A stretch of DNA of 64,000 nt from Nitrososphaerota archaeon (GTDB lineage Archaea > Thermoproteota > Nitrososphaeria > Nitrososphaerales > UBA213): NCBI GenBank assembly GCA_002713325.1, contig PAWD01000008.1, positions 192,244 through 256,243 of the forward strand, given 5' to 3'. A program made the position numbers and the translations under genes. The notes under the pieces were generated by a model. That model ran no database searches and was not told the origin of the DNA. It saw nothing but the letters and a program-made list of their open reading frames with translations. Below are positions 35,400 to 45,421 of this stretch, piece after piece; the first letter of the stretch is position 1; the number at the start of each line of letters is the position of its first letter.

Positions 35400-36186
35400 A
35401 GTTAGGTAATGCCAACACATCTATTTTTTATTTATTAGGTAACATAGTTCTCTTCAAGGACACAGCGATCACGACGTGTTCTGTAAATATGTTTGATAAC
35501 AATTCTTTACATCAAATGAGGAAATACAGTGTGGGTATGTAAATTTACCTGACTGGGATCTTTTAGTCCCTTCAATTATTTATTTTCAGGTTTAGAAAGC
35601 ATATAGAACGTATACCAGCTTATAATGGTGGCAAAAAGGAACATCTTTGTTGCAAAGATAAGACTCCATGGAGTTTCCGGATTTGGATAAGATGTGTTCA
35701 AAATATCTATCCTGAATATACCACTAGCGCATTCCATACAACAAAGTTGTAAAATAGTTCATATGTTGCTGTAACTGCAATTGTAAGTGTGATCATCCTA
35801 AGTATTGATTTTTTAGTCTTGGACAGATTTTCGGTTTTACTTCCTCTGAGTTTCATTATACAGAACTAACCAACTACAGATGCCACCATACTATATGAAA
35901 CTAATTTGGCAAATTTGATATTGGAAATTCAGCGTTAACCAAAACCTCACCTAGTACAATCTTCCCAGTTACTAAATATTTACTCAAACTTTCTACCATC
36001 GCATATGTTGTTGCAACGATCATGATTGTAGCACAAATATAGAAGATCATCTTGTACATCTTTATGCTGTTTCTCTTATCCCTTTCAATACTGGTTGGTT
36101 ACATTCTTGGTTTTTAACCTAATCTAAAATATAAAATTTTCAATATTGATATACTAACGATCTGATAAATACTCTTGGTGCATGAA

Positions 36187-37287
36187 ATGAAAAAAATTCC
36201 AATTGGTAAACCCTTCTTTGATAAAAGAGAGATAAGCGAGGTTAGGAAGGTTCTGGAGGAGGGAAATTTAACCAACAGTTCATTCAAAGGAGGAAGCAAG
36301 GTCAGAGAGGTGGAATCAATGATGCACAAGTTTGTTGGCACCAAACATGCCGTAGCATTGAATTCAGGTACAGCAGCACTACATGCAGCTCTTCTGGCTC
36401 TTGGAATAGGCAAGGGAGACGAGGTCCTTTTACCATCATTCACATTTCTTGCTACTGCTAATGTTGTTGTAGTAACAGGTGCAACTCCCGTTTTTGTGGA
36501 TATTAAGAAAGATGACTATACAATGGATCCAGACGATCTAGAGGAGAAAATAACAGAAAATTCTAAAGTTGTCATTCCCGTGCACCTGTACGGCCATATA
36601 GCAGATATGAGACGAATAAAGAACATTGCAGATAAAAACTTTTTACATGTAGTTGAAGATGCGTGTCAGTCACTAGGTTCCACTTTCAATGGAAAGCAAA
36701 CCGGTTCATTCGGTGATATGGGATGCTTCAGCTTCTATGCCAGTAAGGTGATTACATCTGGTGAAGGTGGTGTAATTACAACAAATAACAAGGAACTAGC
36801 AGATAGGATAAGGATGATCAGGAATCATGGAATACTGGAAGGATACGACATAAAGATACCCGGTCTTAACCTGAGGATGACAGAAATATGTGCAGCAATA
36901 GCAAAAATTCAGATGGAGAAAGTTAAAAAAATTCTTCAGATACGAAGGAAAAACGCTAATGCACTAACAAGAATGCTTGAAGGTCTGGATATTACTCTAC
37001 CAAAAGAAGATAATAACTCCAATTACAACTGGTATCTCTACACTATAGCTATGAAGAACAGAGACATGGTAACGAAGAAACTCAATTCAGTAGGGATAGG
37101 TGCAACAGTATATTATAAAACACCTATTCACAAAACATCACTCTATTCAATTTATGGCGCAAGCGTACCAAATACAGAATGGGCTGCAGATCACGTCTTA
37201 TCTCTTCCAGTACATCCATCAGTAAGTGTAAAAAACGTAAATTATATCGCTGACACTATAAGAAAAACTTTGGGCAGTAAACAGTGA
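36187..37287 (+). CDS. DegT/DnrJ/EryC1/StrS family sugar aminotransferase
   Basis: IPIGKPFFDKREI, NSGTAALHAALLALG, and the PLP-Lys context FSFYASKVITSGEGG. ATG 36187 is preferred over the TTG at 36175. Confidence 0.88.
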   Translation: MKKIPIGKPFFDKREISEVRKVLEEGNLTNSSFKGGSKVREVESMMHKFVGTKHAVALNSGTAALHAALLALGIGKGDEVLLPSFTFLATANVVVVTGATPVFVDIKKDDYTMDPDDLEEKITENSKVVIPVHLYGHIADMRRIKNIADKNFLHVVEDACQSLGSTFNGKQTGSFGDMGCFSFYASKVITSGEGGVITTNNKELADRIRMIRNHGILEGYDIKIPGLNLRMTEICAAIAKIQMEKVKKILQIRRKNANALTRMLEGLDITLPKEDNNSNYNWYLYTIAMKNRDMVTKKLNSVGIGATVYYKTPIHKTSLYSIYGASVPNTEWAADHVLSLPVHPSVSVKNVNYIADTIRKTLGSKQ

Positions 37288-37458
37288 GAAATCGAAAATC
37301 CGTATGTGTTGTTTGAATAAGCAAATTATAACGAGTAACAAGATGAAAATCTCTGTTTACACCCGATAAACATGTTGTGGATAGTATGAGTAAAGGACAA
37401 GCAGCTGTTAAAGTATACATACATAAGGCTTATAATATCGCTAGTGAAACCATAAGGC

Positions 37459-38634
37459 ATGCGTTTGATACTGTACACAGGAAAGGGAGGAACAGGAAAG
37501 ACTGTTTCCTCCTGTGCCACAGCTTTGAAAAGCGCAAAGCATGGATATAAGACACTGATTATATCGGCTGATCCTGCACATACACTCAGCGACGCCTATA
37601 CACAAAGTATTGGTGAAGAGATTACGCATGTATATGACCATCTAGATGCACTTCAGATAGACCCCTTGAACGAAATGAGCAAGAAATATGAAAAATTACT
37701 ATCATATATGACATCACTCTTTTCATCTAAGGGTATTGATGAGACTCTAGCCTATGAAATTGCCATGCTTCCAGGCATGACGCAATTGTTTTCATTGTTA
37801 AAGATAGAGGAAATCGAAGAAAATGAAACCTATGATGTTGTAGTGTTAGACATGATGGCTTCCGGTGAAGCGTTACGTTACCTATATCTCCCAAAACTAC
37901 TAGGGAGCTTGAACAAACATTTGTTAAATTTAACGAGTTTGTTCAGCGGCGTAGCAAGGATATTCGAGTCAATTACAAAACTACCAACTCCAAGTTCTGC
38001 AATATTTAAGATGGAATTCGAACTGGTCGAAAAACTGGAAAAGTTAGCTGAGATAATAAAGGATCATGATAGAACAAGCATAAGGTTGGTTGCAAACCCA
38101 GACGCCTTCAGTATAGAGAATGCAAAACGTTCACTCATGTCTGCAAACCTGTACGGAATCAATGTAGATATGGCAGTAATAAACAAAATAATGCCAAAAG
38201 TCGAAGATGCATATTTTACGAAATGGGTAGATTTCCAAGAAGGCAAGGTAAAGGAGGCTGAGGCTAACTTCTATCCATTACCAGTTAAGAAACTTAAACT
38301 CTTTGAAACTGAATTGAAGGGAATTGAGATGCTTGAAAGGTATAGTGATGAATTATTCGGGACAGAGGATCCTACACAAATTTTCTACAAAGGTGAATTA
38401 TTTAATTTCGAGACACGAGACAAAACGTTCAACATAAAGGTTAAGGTTCCATTTACGGAAAAGGACGATTTTGATATTGAACGTTTTGGAGACCAGCTGA
38501 TGATAAAGGTTAGAAATAGTGTAAGTCAACTGGTTAACATAGTGCCCCTTCCAGCAGCAACTATGGGAATGAAGATGTCTAGGGCAAAACTACAGGGCGA
38601 TGAATTAAATATACTGTTCGAAAAATCACTCTAG
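37459..38634 (+). CDS. ArsA/GET3-family ATPase with a C-terminal HSP20-like domain
   Basis: GKGGTGKT, ADPAHTLSD, and the C-terminal beta-sandwich-like FNIKVKVPFTEKDDFDIERFGDQLMIKV...LQGDELNILFEK. Confidence 0.85.
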   Translation: MRLILYTGKGGTGKTVSSCATALKSAKHGYKTLIISADPAHTLSDAYTQSIGEEITHVYDHLDALQIDPLNEMSKKYEKLLSYMTSLFSSKGIDETLAYEIAMLPGMTQLFSLLKIEEIEENETYDVVVLDMMASGEALRYLYLPKLLGSLNKHLLNLTSLFSGVARIFESITKLPTPSSAIFKMEFELVEKLEKLAEIIKDHDRTSIRLVANPDAFSIENAKRSLMSANLYGINVDMAVINKIMPKVEDAYFTKWVDFQEGKVKEAEANFYPLPVKKLKLFETELKGIEMLERYSDELFGTEDPTQIFYKGELFNFETRDKTFNIKVKVPFTEKDDFDIERFGDQLMIKVRNSVSQLVNIVPLPAATMGMKMSRAKLQGDELNILFEKSL

Positions 38635-38835
38635 TCGCTCGATATTTACTTTTTAATTGGTATACCATTTTCAATTAACTCTGTACCATCACAACGAAAA
38701 CTCCACTGATAGATCAGAATCAAAAACTATCTTTGACAACAGAAATGGTAACTCTTGTTAATCATACTTTTTTTCACTGGTTGTTAATTATACGGAAAAG
38801 TTCTTGATAAATATTGCTTGGTTTAATACAATGCG

Positions 38836-39225
38836 ATGGTAAAGTTCACCAGGAGGGAACTTGAATTCATAAATAAATATGAAGTATGTCGCATGGCAAC
38901 AGTTGCTAATGGTAAACCACACGTAGTGCCCATCTGTTACATGTTCATAGATGAGTGCTTTTATCTTGCTACAGATTACGATACTAAAAAATATAAGAAT
39001 TTACAGAAGAATAGGAATGTAGCACTTGTAATCGATCTCTATCAACCAAACAAGGCAATTGTTGTAGAAGGTGATGCAGAAATAGTTGAGGAAGGAAATG
39101 AGTTCAGAAAAATTTATGATAAGTTTTACAAAAAGTTTACATGGGTAAGAGATACACCATGGAAAGAGAAGGAAGCACCATTTATTAAATTAAAACCATT
39201 AAGAGAGATGAGTTGGGGGTTATAA
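38836..39225 (+). CDS. PPOX-class (probable F420/FMN-binding) split-barrel protein
   Basis: 129 aa: CRMATVANGKPHVVPICYMFIDECFYLATDYDTKKYKNLQKNRNVALV. Confidence 0.7.
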   Translation: MVKFTRRELEFINKYEVCRMATVANGKPHVVPICYMFIDECFYLATDYDTKKYKNLQKNRNVALVIDLYQPNKAIVVEGDAEIVEEGNEFRKIYDKFYKKFTWVRDTPWKEKEAPFIKLKPLREMSWGL

Positions 39226-39226
39226 T

Positions 39227-39718
39227 ATGACCAATTTATTAGTTAGATTTGCAGGCAAGATATGCGAGATATTGCTTCCGATAAAACACGACATCTTTTA
39301 CGGTAATGAAAATTCTAGTATAGCTATATGCACATTATCTAGCATTAACATACTTGAAAAGATCTCTAAATCAGAACTTATGACTAAAGTTGTAATTACA
39401 GCAAGATTGTTTTCAGAAAACAAGGGGATAGAGACACTGCTTAAGTATGTGTTGGAACATAGGAAAATAAAATATATTGTTTTATGTGGAAATGATACAA
39501 AAGGACATCTTCCAGGACATGCTCTGCTTACACTACAAAAGAACGGCGTTGATACAAAAGGCAGAATAATAGGTGCCCGGGGAAAGGATCCAGTTCTTGA
39601 CGATGTAACACAAAATGAAATCTCTGAATTCAGAAAACATGTAACTCTAGTCGATCTTATAGGAACTACTGAAATAAACATAATTGCTGAAATGATAACA
39701 AACCTGCAGAAAGCATAA
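39227..39718 (+). CDS. MtrA-like protein (homologue of tetrahydromethanopterin S-methyltransferase subunit A, soluble form)
   Basis: SENKGIETLLKYVLEHRKIKYIVLCGNDTKGHLPGHALLTLQKNGVDTKGRIIGARG parallels MtrA [41 protein letters not shown]..RIVGA, including the corrinoid-ligand His context. No C-terminal TM helix. The start is 1 nt after the PPOX stop. Confidence 0.75.
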   Translation: MTNLLVRFAGKICEILLPIKHDIFYGNENSSIAICTLSSINILEKISKSELMTKVVITARLFSENKGIETLLKYVLEHRKIKYIVLCGNDTKGHLPGHALLTLQKNGVDTKGRIIGARGKDPVLDDVTQNEISEFRKHVTLVDLIGTTEINIIAEMITNLQKA

Positions 39719-40117
39719 TCATTTTCTTATGATCACCTTCGTGCTGTCATTAACCTTTTTTATTACGTTCTCTTTACTAACGATCCTACCGATCACGTTT
39801 ACTGGAGAGTAAGGTTTTATTTCATTGCTTTTGCTTATCGGTGTTGGACCGAAGAACAAACATAAAGCATTTCCCTGTGGCCAGTAGGCAACATCCATCA
39901 AGTTTACAGTAGATTTTGCATTTTCTAATCCGACTTTAACTGATATTGGTTCTGTGTACAACTCATCTCCCCATCGATTGATCACAGTATTTATAGGCAA
40001 CTTCTCCAGAATCGCCTTTACTGTTTTCGGTGAATACACATCATCTAATTCTACATCTATCTTTTCATTGAGGTCAGGAAATTCGATAATAATTTCATAC
40101 ATTAACATTTTGTGCAC
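39719..40117 (-). CDS. Cyclophilin-like superfamily protein (PF04126-like)
   Basis: 132 aa. NRWGDELYT...VAYWPQGNALCLFFGPTP is typical of this small family. Confidence 0.55.
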   Translation of the reverse strand: MHKMLMYEIIIEFPDLNEKIDVELDDVYSPKTVKAILEKLPINTVINRWGDELYTEPISVKVGLENAKSTVNLMDVAYWPQGNALCLFFGPTPISKSNEIKPYSPVNVIGRIVSKENVIKKVNDSTKVIIRK

Positions 40118-40192
40118 TTCCTTAAGTATATGAGATTTATGTTAATTTTTCCAAACCTGAATGAGCTACTATAATTCAAAAGAAACAAGTAA

Positions 40193-41341
40193 CTACGGAG
40201 ATAAACGCTTCTTGTTAAAGCATTCCAACACAAATAACTCTGCTGCCACTTCTATTACTGGTCTAGTTATATCACTAATTCTATTTACAATATCACCAAC
40301 CTTTCCTGACCATATTGATGCGAATGATAACAAACAATCGCAGTATGCGTTCAAGACATCATTATTCATCATGGGCGGCTCACATACCTTACCTTCTGAA
40401 TAGAGCTGTTTCCATCCATTATCTATATACCAATTTCGTAAGAACTGTTTGCTAAAGTCTTGGAAATGTTTAGGTTCTTTCTTTACCTCATCTTCCACAG
40501 CAGATACTTTTGCAGGGTCAAGCTCCCATCTGCGTTGATAAAAATCGAAGAATCTTGCTATTACACTAAAATCTTTTATTTGAACCAAATACCTATCTTC
40601 TTCAGGATTTCCAAAAGTATCTGCTAGTCCGACGTTACCATCAGAATCCACAAATAATTCATACTTACCATCAGACCTTAGTAATCCCTTTTGCTCCGCG
40701 TATTTAGAAATCAAAGGAATACATTTTTTAATTACATCTTGTCCCTGTTCCCATTGCTCATCGGTGAGTCTGGATCTACTTTTTGCTTGTTCTTCCGTTA
40801 ACGCCATATCACCACTCTTGTCATATTTTGTTGTATATGATAACTTGAAATTATCATGTTCCACATCAGGAATGATCTCTCCTCCTTCTGGCATTTCAGT
40901 AAAACCATAATCCTTGAAGTTCTTTTTACCAGATTTAAAATTACGCAAAAGTGATGACCTTGGATGTAAATAATAATTGAAGATAACTTCAAGATCTACA
41001 ACTCTGTTTCTGGTACCAACTTCGATCTCATTAGGTTCTTTTGGAAGTCCATTCTCGCCAGGAATTCTAACTACATATATTTTACACCCATCTTCAGTTG
41101 TCTTGATAAAACATGTTCGCAAGCCATTACTCCTAGTTATTTCAAAACTCTTGTTGATGATATATGTCATAGCTATGCTTTTGTTCTTGATATCAAAAGG
41201 CCACTTGCCCTTTACCTTATAATCGAATATGGAGAATGAATTCTTGGGAATGAAGTATCCTATACCCATCTCATCATTCTCTGGTACTTTTTCAATAACA
41301 ACATTCTTTGCAGAACCTTCACGTGTAAATATCTGTGTCAT
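40193..41341 (-). CDS. SAICAR synthase (PurC)-like protein with insertions and a long C-terminal extension
   Basis: REGSAKNV, FSIFDYKV, DLEVIFNYYLHPRSS, YTTKYDKSGDMALTEEQA and DGKYELFVDSDGNVGLADTFGNPEEDRY follow the PurC motif order. It is about 100 aa longer than typical PurC. Confidence 0.5.
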   Translation of the reverse strand: MTQIFTREGSAKNVVIEKVPENDEMGIGYFIPKNSFSIFDYKVKGKWPFDIKNKSIAMTYIINKSFEITRSNGLRTCFIKTTEDGCKIYVVRIPGENGLPKEPNEIEVGTRNRVVDLEVIFNYYLHPRSSLLRNFKSGKKNFKDYGFTEMPEGGEIIPDVEHDNFKLSYTTKYDKSGDMALTEEQAKSRSRLTDEQWEQGQDVIKKCIPLISKYAEQKGLLRSDGKYELFVDSDGNVGLADTFGNPEEDRYLVQIKDFSVIARFFDFYQRRWELDPAKVSAVEDEVKKEPKHFQDFSKQFLRNWYIDNGWKQLYSEGKVCEPPMMNNDVLNAYCDCLLSFASIWSGKVGDIVNRISDITRPVIEVAAELFVLECFNKKRLSP

Positions 41342-41638
41342 GATAGAAAGTTATCACTCAAAGTTAAAAGTATCACTATGTGCATACGGACTTATCTACA
41401 AACGTAAAGATATTTACATTCTTTACAGTTTTTGGAAAGATGGCTGATAAAATAATAATCAAGGCAGTAGACGGCTATTTCGCATTATTGGGGATTGAAA
41501 ACAAGACTCGTTTAAAAAGAAGGAGATACAGGAAGAAGAGAGATATAATAATTGATTTAATATCATTTAGATACTGTGATCAAAGAGTGTCTGGTTTGGT
41601 TTTAAGATTTATAAACCAAATGTTCAAAAGTTTTATTA

Positions 41639-41917
41639 TTGCCAATCCCTGGACCAGATTTTGATTCAGTGGAAGACCCTGTTGTCGTTATTAGAGATTT
41701 TTTGAAGAGAAATAACAAGGATGCATGGATACCAGAAGAGATAAGTGAACACACAGGCATCAATGTAACTATAGCATATAATATATGTCAACTATTACGT
41801 GCAAAGTACGTTGAATCCACTGCAAAAGGAGAATACTTTCCAATACGATCAACAGAGAGGCTTGGTCAGACATATTTCAAGTGGATGATAAGAAGTAGAA
41901 AAAAAATCAACAAATAA
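41639..41917 (+). CDS. Small winged-helix-like hypothetical protein
   Basis: 92 aa with a TTG start, or GTG a few codons in: IPEEISEHTGINVTIAYNICQLLRAKYVES. Confidence 0.4.
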   Translation: MPIPGPDFDSVEDPVVVIRDFLKRNNKDAWIPEEISEHTGINVTIAYNICQLLRAKYVESTAKGEYFPIRSTERLGQTYFKWMIRSRKKINK

Positions 41918-41935
41918 AGACATGAAATAAGATTG

Positions 41936-42421
41936 TTACAACTCTATGAATTCAGGTTGTTTGGTTTGTGTATCAAATATTAGAACAGTTGCTTTATCTC
42001 CAAATCCATGTGCCGTGCCGGGATTAATAACCAATGTTTTGCCAATCTTTGTATTTTCCAATACATGTGTATGTCCATAAATGACAACATCATATTTTTT
42101 GCACTCGATCAACGCATCTCTTAACTGTGGCTCGGTTCCATGATAAACTGCAAATTTTATACCATCCTGTTCGATCTCACAGAAGTCACCTTTAATCTCT
42201 CCACCTATCTGACTAAAGGCATTAACAAGCCTGAACTTGTCTCCATCATTATTTCCAAATACTCCAATCAATTTTAACCCCTGAAATATTTTAATCGTTC
42301 CCGCATTGATATAATCGCCTACATGAATAACAAAGTTTACTTTTTTATCTTTGAATAGTTGTACTGCTCTCCTAATATTACTCATATGATCATGTGAATC
42401 TGCTATCACACCGATTTTCAT
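41936..42421 (-). CDS. YfcE/MJ0936-family metallophosphoesterase
   Basis: IADSHD, HVGDY, GNNDG, GHTH. Confidence 0.85.
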   Translation of the reverse strand: MKIGVIADSHDHMSNIRRAVQLFKDKKVNFVIHVGDYINAGTIKIFQGLKLIGVFGNNDGDKFRLVNAFSQIGGEIKGDFCEIEQDGIKFAVYHGTEPQLRDALIECKKYDVVIYGHTHVLENTKIGKTLVINPGTAHGFGDKATVLIFDTQTKQPEFIEL

Positions 42422-42598
42422 AATATCAATTTAGTAATCAAGGTAATAGATTTTTCTGTACATGACAGGAATTAGAAGTGTACATAACTTCGGTTTAATA
42501 ACACATAAACAATCTGTAGTAACTTCGTAGAAATTGTCGATGTGTCACAGCATCAAGGTTTATTTACGAGAGATATTTTCTTTGCTATGTGTTTATAA

Positions 42599-43309
42599 TT
42601 GACTAGAAAATTATACGTAATTTTTCCTGTAGTAATAATTGTTATAGCTGCTGTAGTAATAACCTTTGCACTATCAGCTACAAATAATAACGATCGATAT
42701 GATAACAACATGAACCCTGAACTTCCAGTCAACGATTCTAGACAATCTGTATTTACTACCGGTTCACCACTATTGGGTTCTCCTAATGCATCCATAATAA
42801 TGCTAGAATTCGGGGACTATCAATGCCTTATGTGCGAAAGATACTTCGATAACACAGAGCATAATATTTTACGAAATTATGTTGAAAGTGGAAAACTGAA
42901 GATAATCTTTATGGACTTTGCTTTCATAGGCCCTGATTCCATACTTGCTGCACAGTCAGCTCACTGTGCTGAAGACCAAGGTAAGTACTGGCAATATCAC
43001 GACGAACTTTACTCTAACTGGGATGGCGAAAATACTGGCTGGGGAAGCAAGCGCAACCTGAAGAATTTTGCGACCAATATAGGGCTGGATAATAACAACT
43101 TCAATGAGTGTTTGGACAGTGGAAAGTATGCTAGTAAGGTCGAGAACAACATGATCATCGGAAAGCAACTGGAAGTTACAGGAACTCCAACATTCTTCAT
43201 ATTCAAGTCAAGTAGTGATATGGAGAAGATTATTGGTAATGTGGAGAAGATCGTTGGTGCACAACCATACTCAACCTTCAGCAACGTACTCGATTCAATG
43301 CTTAACTAA
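42599..43309 (+). CDS. DsbA-like thioredoxin-fold thiol:disulfide oxidoreductase, membrane-anchored
   Basis: TTG start, an N-terminal TM segment, FGDYQCLMCERYF (CxxC), and a late GTPTFFI. Confidence 0.75.
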   Translation: MTRKLYVIFPVVIIVIAAVVITFALSATNNNDRYDNNMNPELPVNDSRQSVFTTGSPLLGSPNASIIMLEFGDYQCLMCERYFDNTEHNILRNYVESGKLKIIFMDFAFIGPDSILAAQSAHCAEDQGKYWQYHDELYSNWDGENTGWGSKRNLKNFATNIGLDNNNFNECLDSGKYASKVENNMIIGKQLEVTGTPTFFIFKSSSDMEKIIGNVEKIVGAQPYSTFSNVLDSMLN

Positions 43310-43485
43310 AAATTACAAAGTAAGTGAATAAACACATAACAACCACTCACATTTAAACACCGTAAGATATTGGTGAAGAATACGATCTTCTAGTCGTTGT
43401 TGTAATTAATTACGTACTAGTAGGGTTCCCTAGAGAAACTCGATGTAACACATCATTCTTTCACATAAAGATAAAAAAGGTTGAA

Positions 43486-44022
43486 ATGATTATTTATGTA
43501 TTAGATATGGGAGCTAAGACAAATCGGGTATCTAGGCTTGAACTCTTCGTTGAAATAGGAAAAGTACTTGAACTTGAGACCAGTGTAACAGAAGAGAGGG
43601 ACGGATTAGCGGTAAATATATCTAAAGATGAACTAAACTTGAAGGTCTTTTTTGGAGACTTCAAGAAAGTTAGGATATGGAAGAAGTTTGCTTTTACACC
43701 TGCTAACATAATGGAAGAATATAGCAGAGCTGAGGAATTGCTTAAACCCTTAGCACACGCATTCAGTATAGAATGGTACATAGTAAAGAAAAAGATTGCA
43801 ACTATATGGCCCCTTGAGAGCCAGACTGATCGGAATTTTCTATTAGAGGTTGTATTGGAGAATCTGGAGAAGGATCCAGAATTCCTGAAGGAACTCCTTA
43901 CAGATAAGAATAGAAATTATTTCGTTAGAAAGTCCATATCATATATGATAAATGATTGGCCAGAGTTCACGAAGCAAAAGAGCAACAGCTTATTGAAACT
44001 ACTTGATCAGGCTAGTAAATGA
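43486..44022 (+). CDS. Hypothetical protein
   Basis: 178-aa ORF. No family recognised. Confidence 0.45.
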   Translation: MIIYVLDMGAKTNRVSRLELFVEIGKVLELETSVTEERDGLAVNISKDELNLKVFFGDFKKVRIWKKFAFTPANIMEEYSRAEELLKPLAHAFSIEWYIVKKKIATIWPLESQTDRNFLLEVVLENLEKDPEFLKELLTDKNRNYFVRKSISYMINDWPEFTKQKSNSLLKLLDQASK

Positions 44023-44463
44023 CTACGCTAGGATAGAAAAGTTTGGTACACTACCTTACTTATTATGGTATGATTATTGATTGTTTAAAGAAGAACTTGA
44101 TCGTTAATTTTTAATGAATTCATAAAAGATAAGAAGATCAGATTGGATGATGTGTATAATAACTTGGAACTGAGATACTTAAAGAGTACAAAGACGAATG
44201 GTCAAGTTTTATACTAAAATATAGGAATACAAAAGACAGCTGTAGGTACAGCAAAGATCATATAGAATCCAGACCTAGACCCAGAAGTGAAGGAACCGAA
44301 GATAGCAGTTCATGATTTTACTCTTGTAGAAAAAACTAAAGATATCTATCATACACAGAGATCAAGACAAATGTAAAGTTTAAGAATTTTAAGCTCTTGA
44401 GAACCTCACATCTATCGATAATATCAACTCTCAATATGTCCAAACAAAAATAAGTATGAGATT

Positions 44464-45318
44464 TTAGGTAGTAGCAGATGCCACCAGAACTTGCCACGGG
44501 AACTCAATCTTGTCGCCTTTCAGAAACCTCTGTGCTTTCTCCCTTGACTCATCCTTGATCTTTTCAAGTATGTGTGTATCGAGAGACTCTAGTCTATTTC
44601 TTATGATATTGGCAGTAGATCGCATAAATTTTAACCAGTAATCGTCGAAGGTTCCAACATTGTACGTATACGTGTAGCTTTTGATATCAATGTCATTTAG
44701 ATCACATTTCTCAAGTTCTGCTTTCATTGCATTGGGTTTTCCAAATCTATATGGACTCGGCGTACCAGAAGGTCGTATATCTGGAATGTAATGTAGGATA
44801 GAGCTTGATATAGAAGTAAAGTATGGAACATTTTCTTCTGCACCATGAACAGAAATAGCTACCCTACTATTATTCAAGAGAACTCTCTTAATCTCTCTTA
44901 ATGCCTTTTGTGTGTTAGGAAAGAAGAAAAACGCAAACTGGCTGATGACAACATCAAAGGATTGATCGGGAAACTTCAGATCTTCAGCATCCATTTCTAA
45001 CAGTTCAACGTTATCTATATTACCAATTTCTCTCTTGGCAATTTCCAATGGTCCAGGAGATATGTCAATACCAACTACTTTACCACTTTTACCAACTTTC
45101 TTTAAAGCCTCAGTAGCAACTATTCCAGTCCCAGTAGCTATATCCAGAACTCTATCTCCTTCACGTAACTTAGCAACTTCTATAAGTTTCTGTAAACTGT
45201 TGAAAGGTCCAACCCTTGGGGTAACATAATGTTCATGGTAAAAACACGCTTTCTCACTCCAGTCTTTTTTAATGTTCTCCTTATACTTAATAGGGTCAAA
45301 CTGTTTATTCAATAACAC
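44464..45318 (-). CDS. Class I SAM-dependent methyltransferase (UbiE/COQ5-like)
   Basis: Motif I VLDIATGTGIVA and post-I VGIDISP. Confidence 0.85.
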   Translation of the reverse strand: MLLNKQFDPIKYKENIKKDWSEKACFYHEHYVTPRVGPFNSLQKLIEVAKLREGDRVLDIATGTGIVATEALKKVGKSGKVVGIDISPGPLEIAKREIGNIDNVELLEMDAEDLKFPDQSFDVVISQFAFFFFPNTQKALREIKRVLLNNSRVAISVHGAEENVPYFTSISSSILHYIPDIRPSGTPSPYRFGKPNAMKAELEKCDLNDIDIKSYTYTYNVGTFDDYWLKFMRSTANIIRNRLESLDTHILEKIKDESREKAQRFLKGDKIEFPWQVLVASATT

Positions 45319-45421
45319 AACCCTAACAATACATGTATAAAATTCTTCAACATCAAATAGATACGTGGGTTTGAAATTTAGTTGACGTCATGTATCAATA
45401 AAGTTCTGAAATATGAGTAAT

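Noticed and set aside
37326-37641. Two minus-strand ORFs of about 65 aa overlapping the arsA/GET3 5' end.
   Set aside because: They overlap a well-supported gene and its promoter region and show no motifs.
41380-41664. A 94-aa ORF upstream of, and overlapping, the small wHTH ORF.
   Set aside because: The middle (KRRRYRKKRD) is highly basic and low-complexity. No family is recognised, and the ORF overlaps the next one. It is left uncalled.
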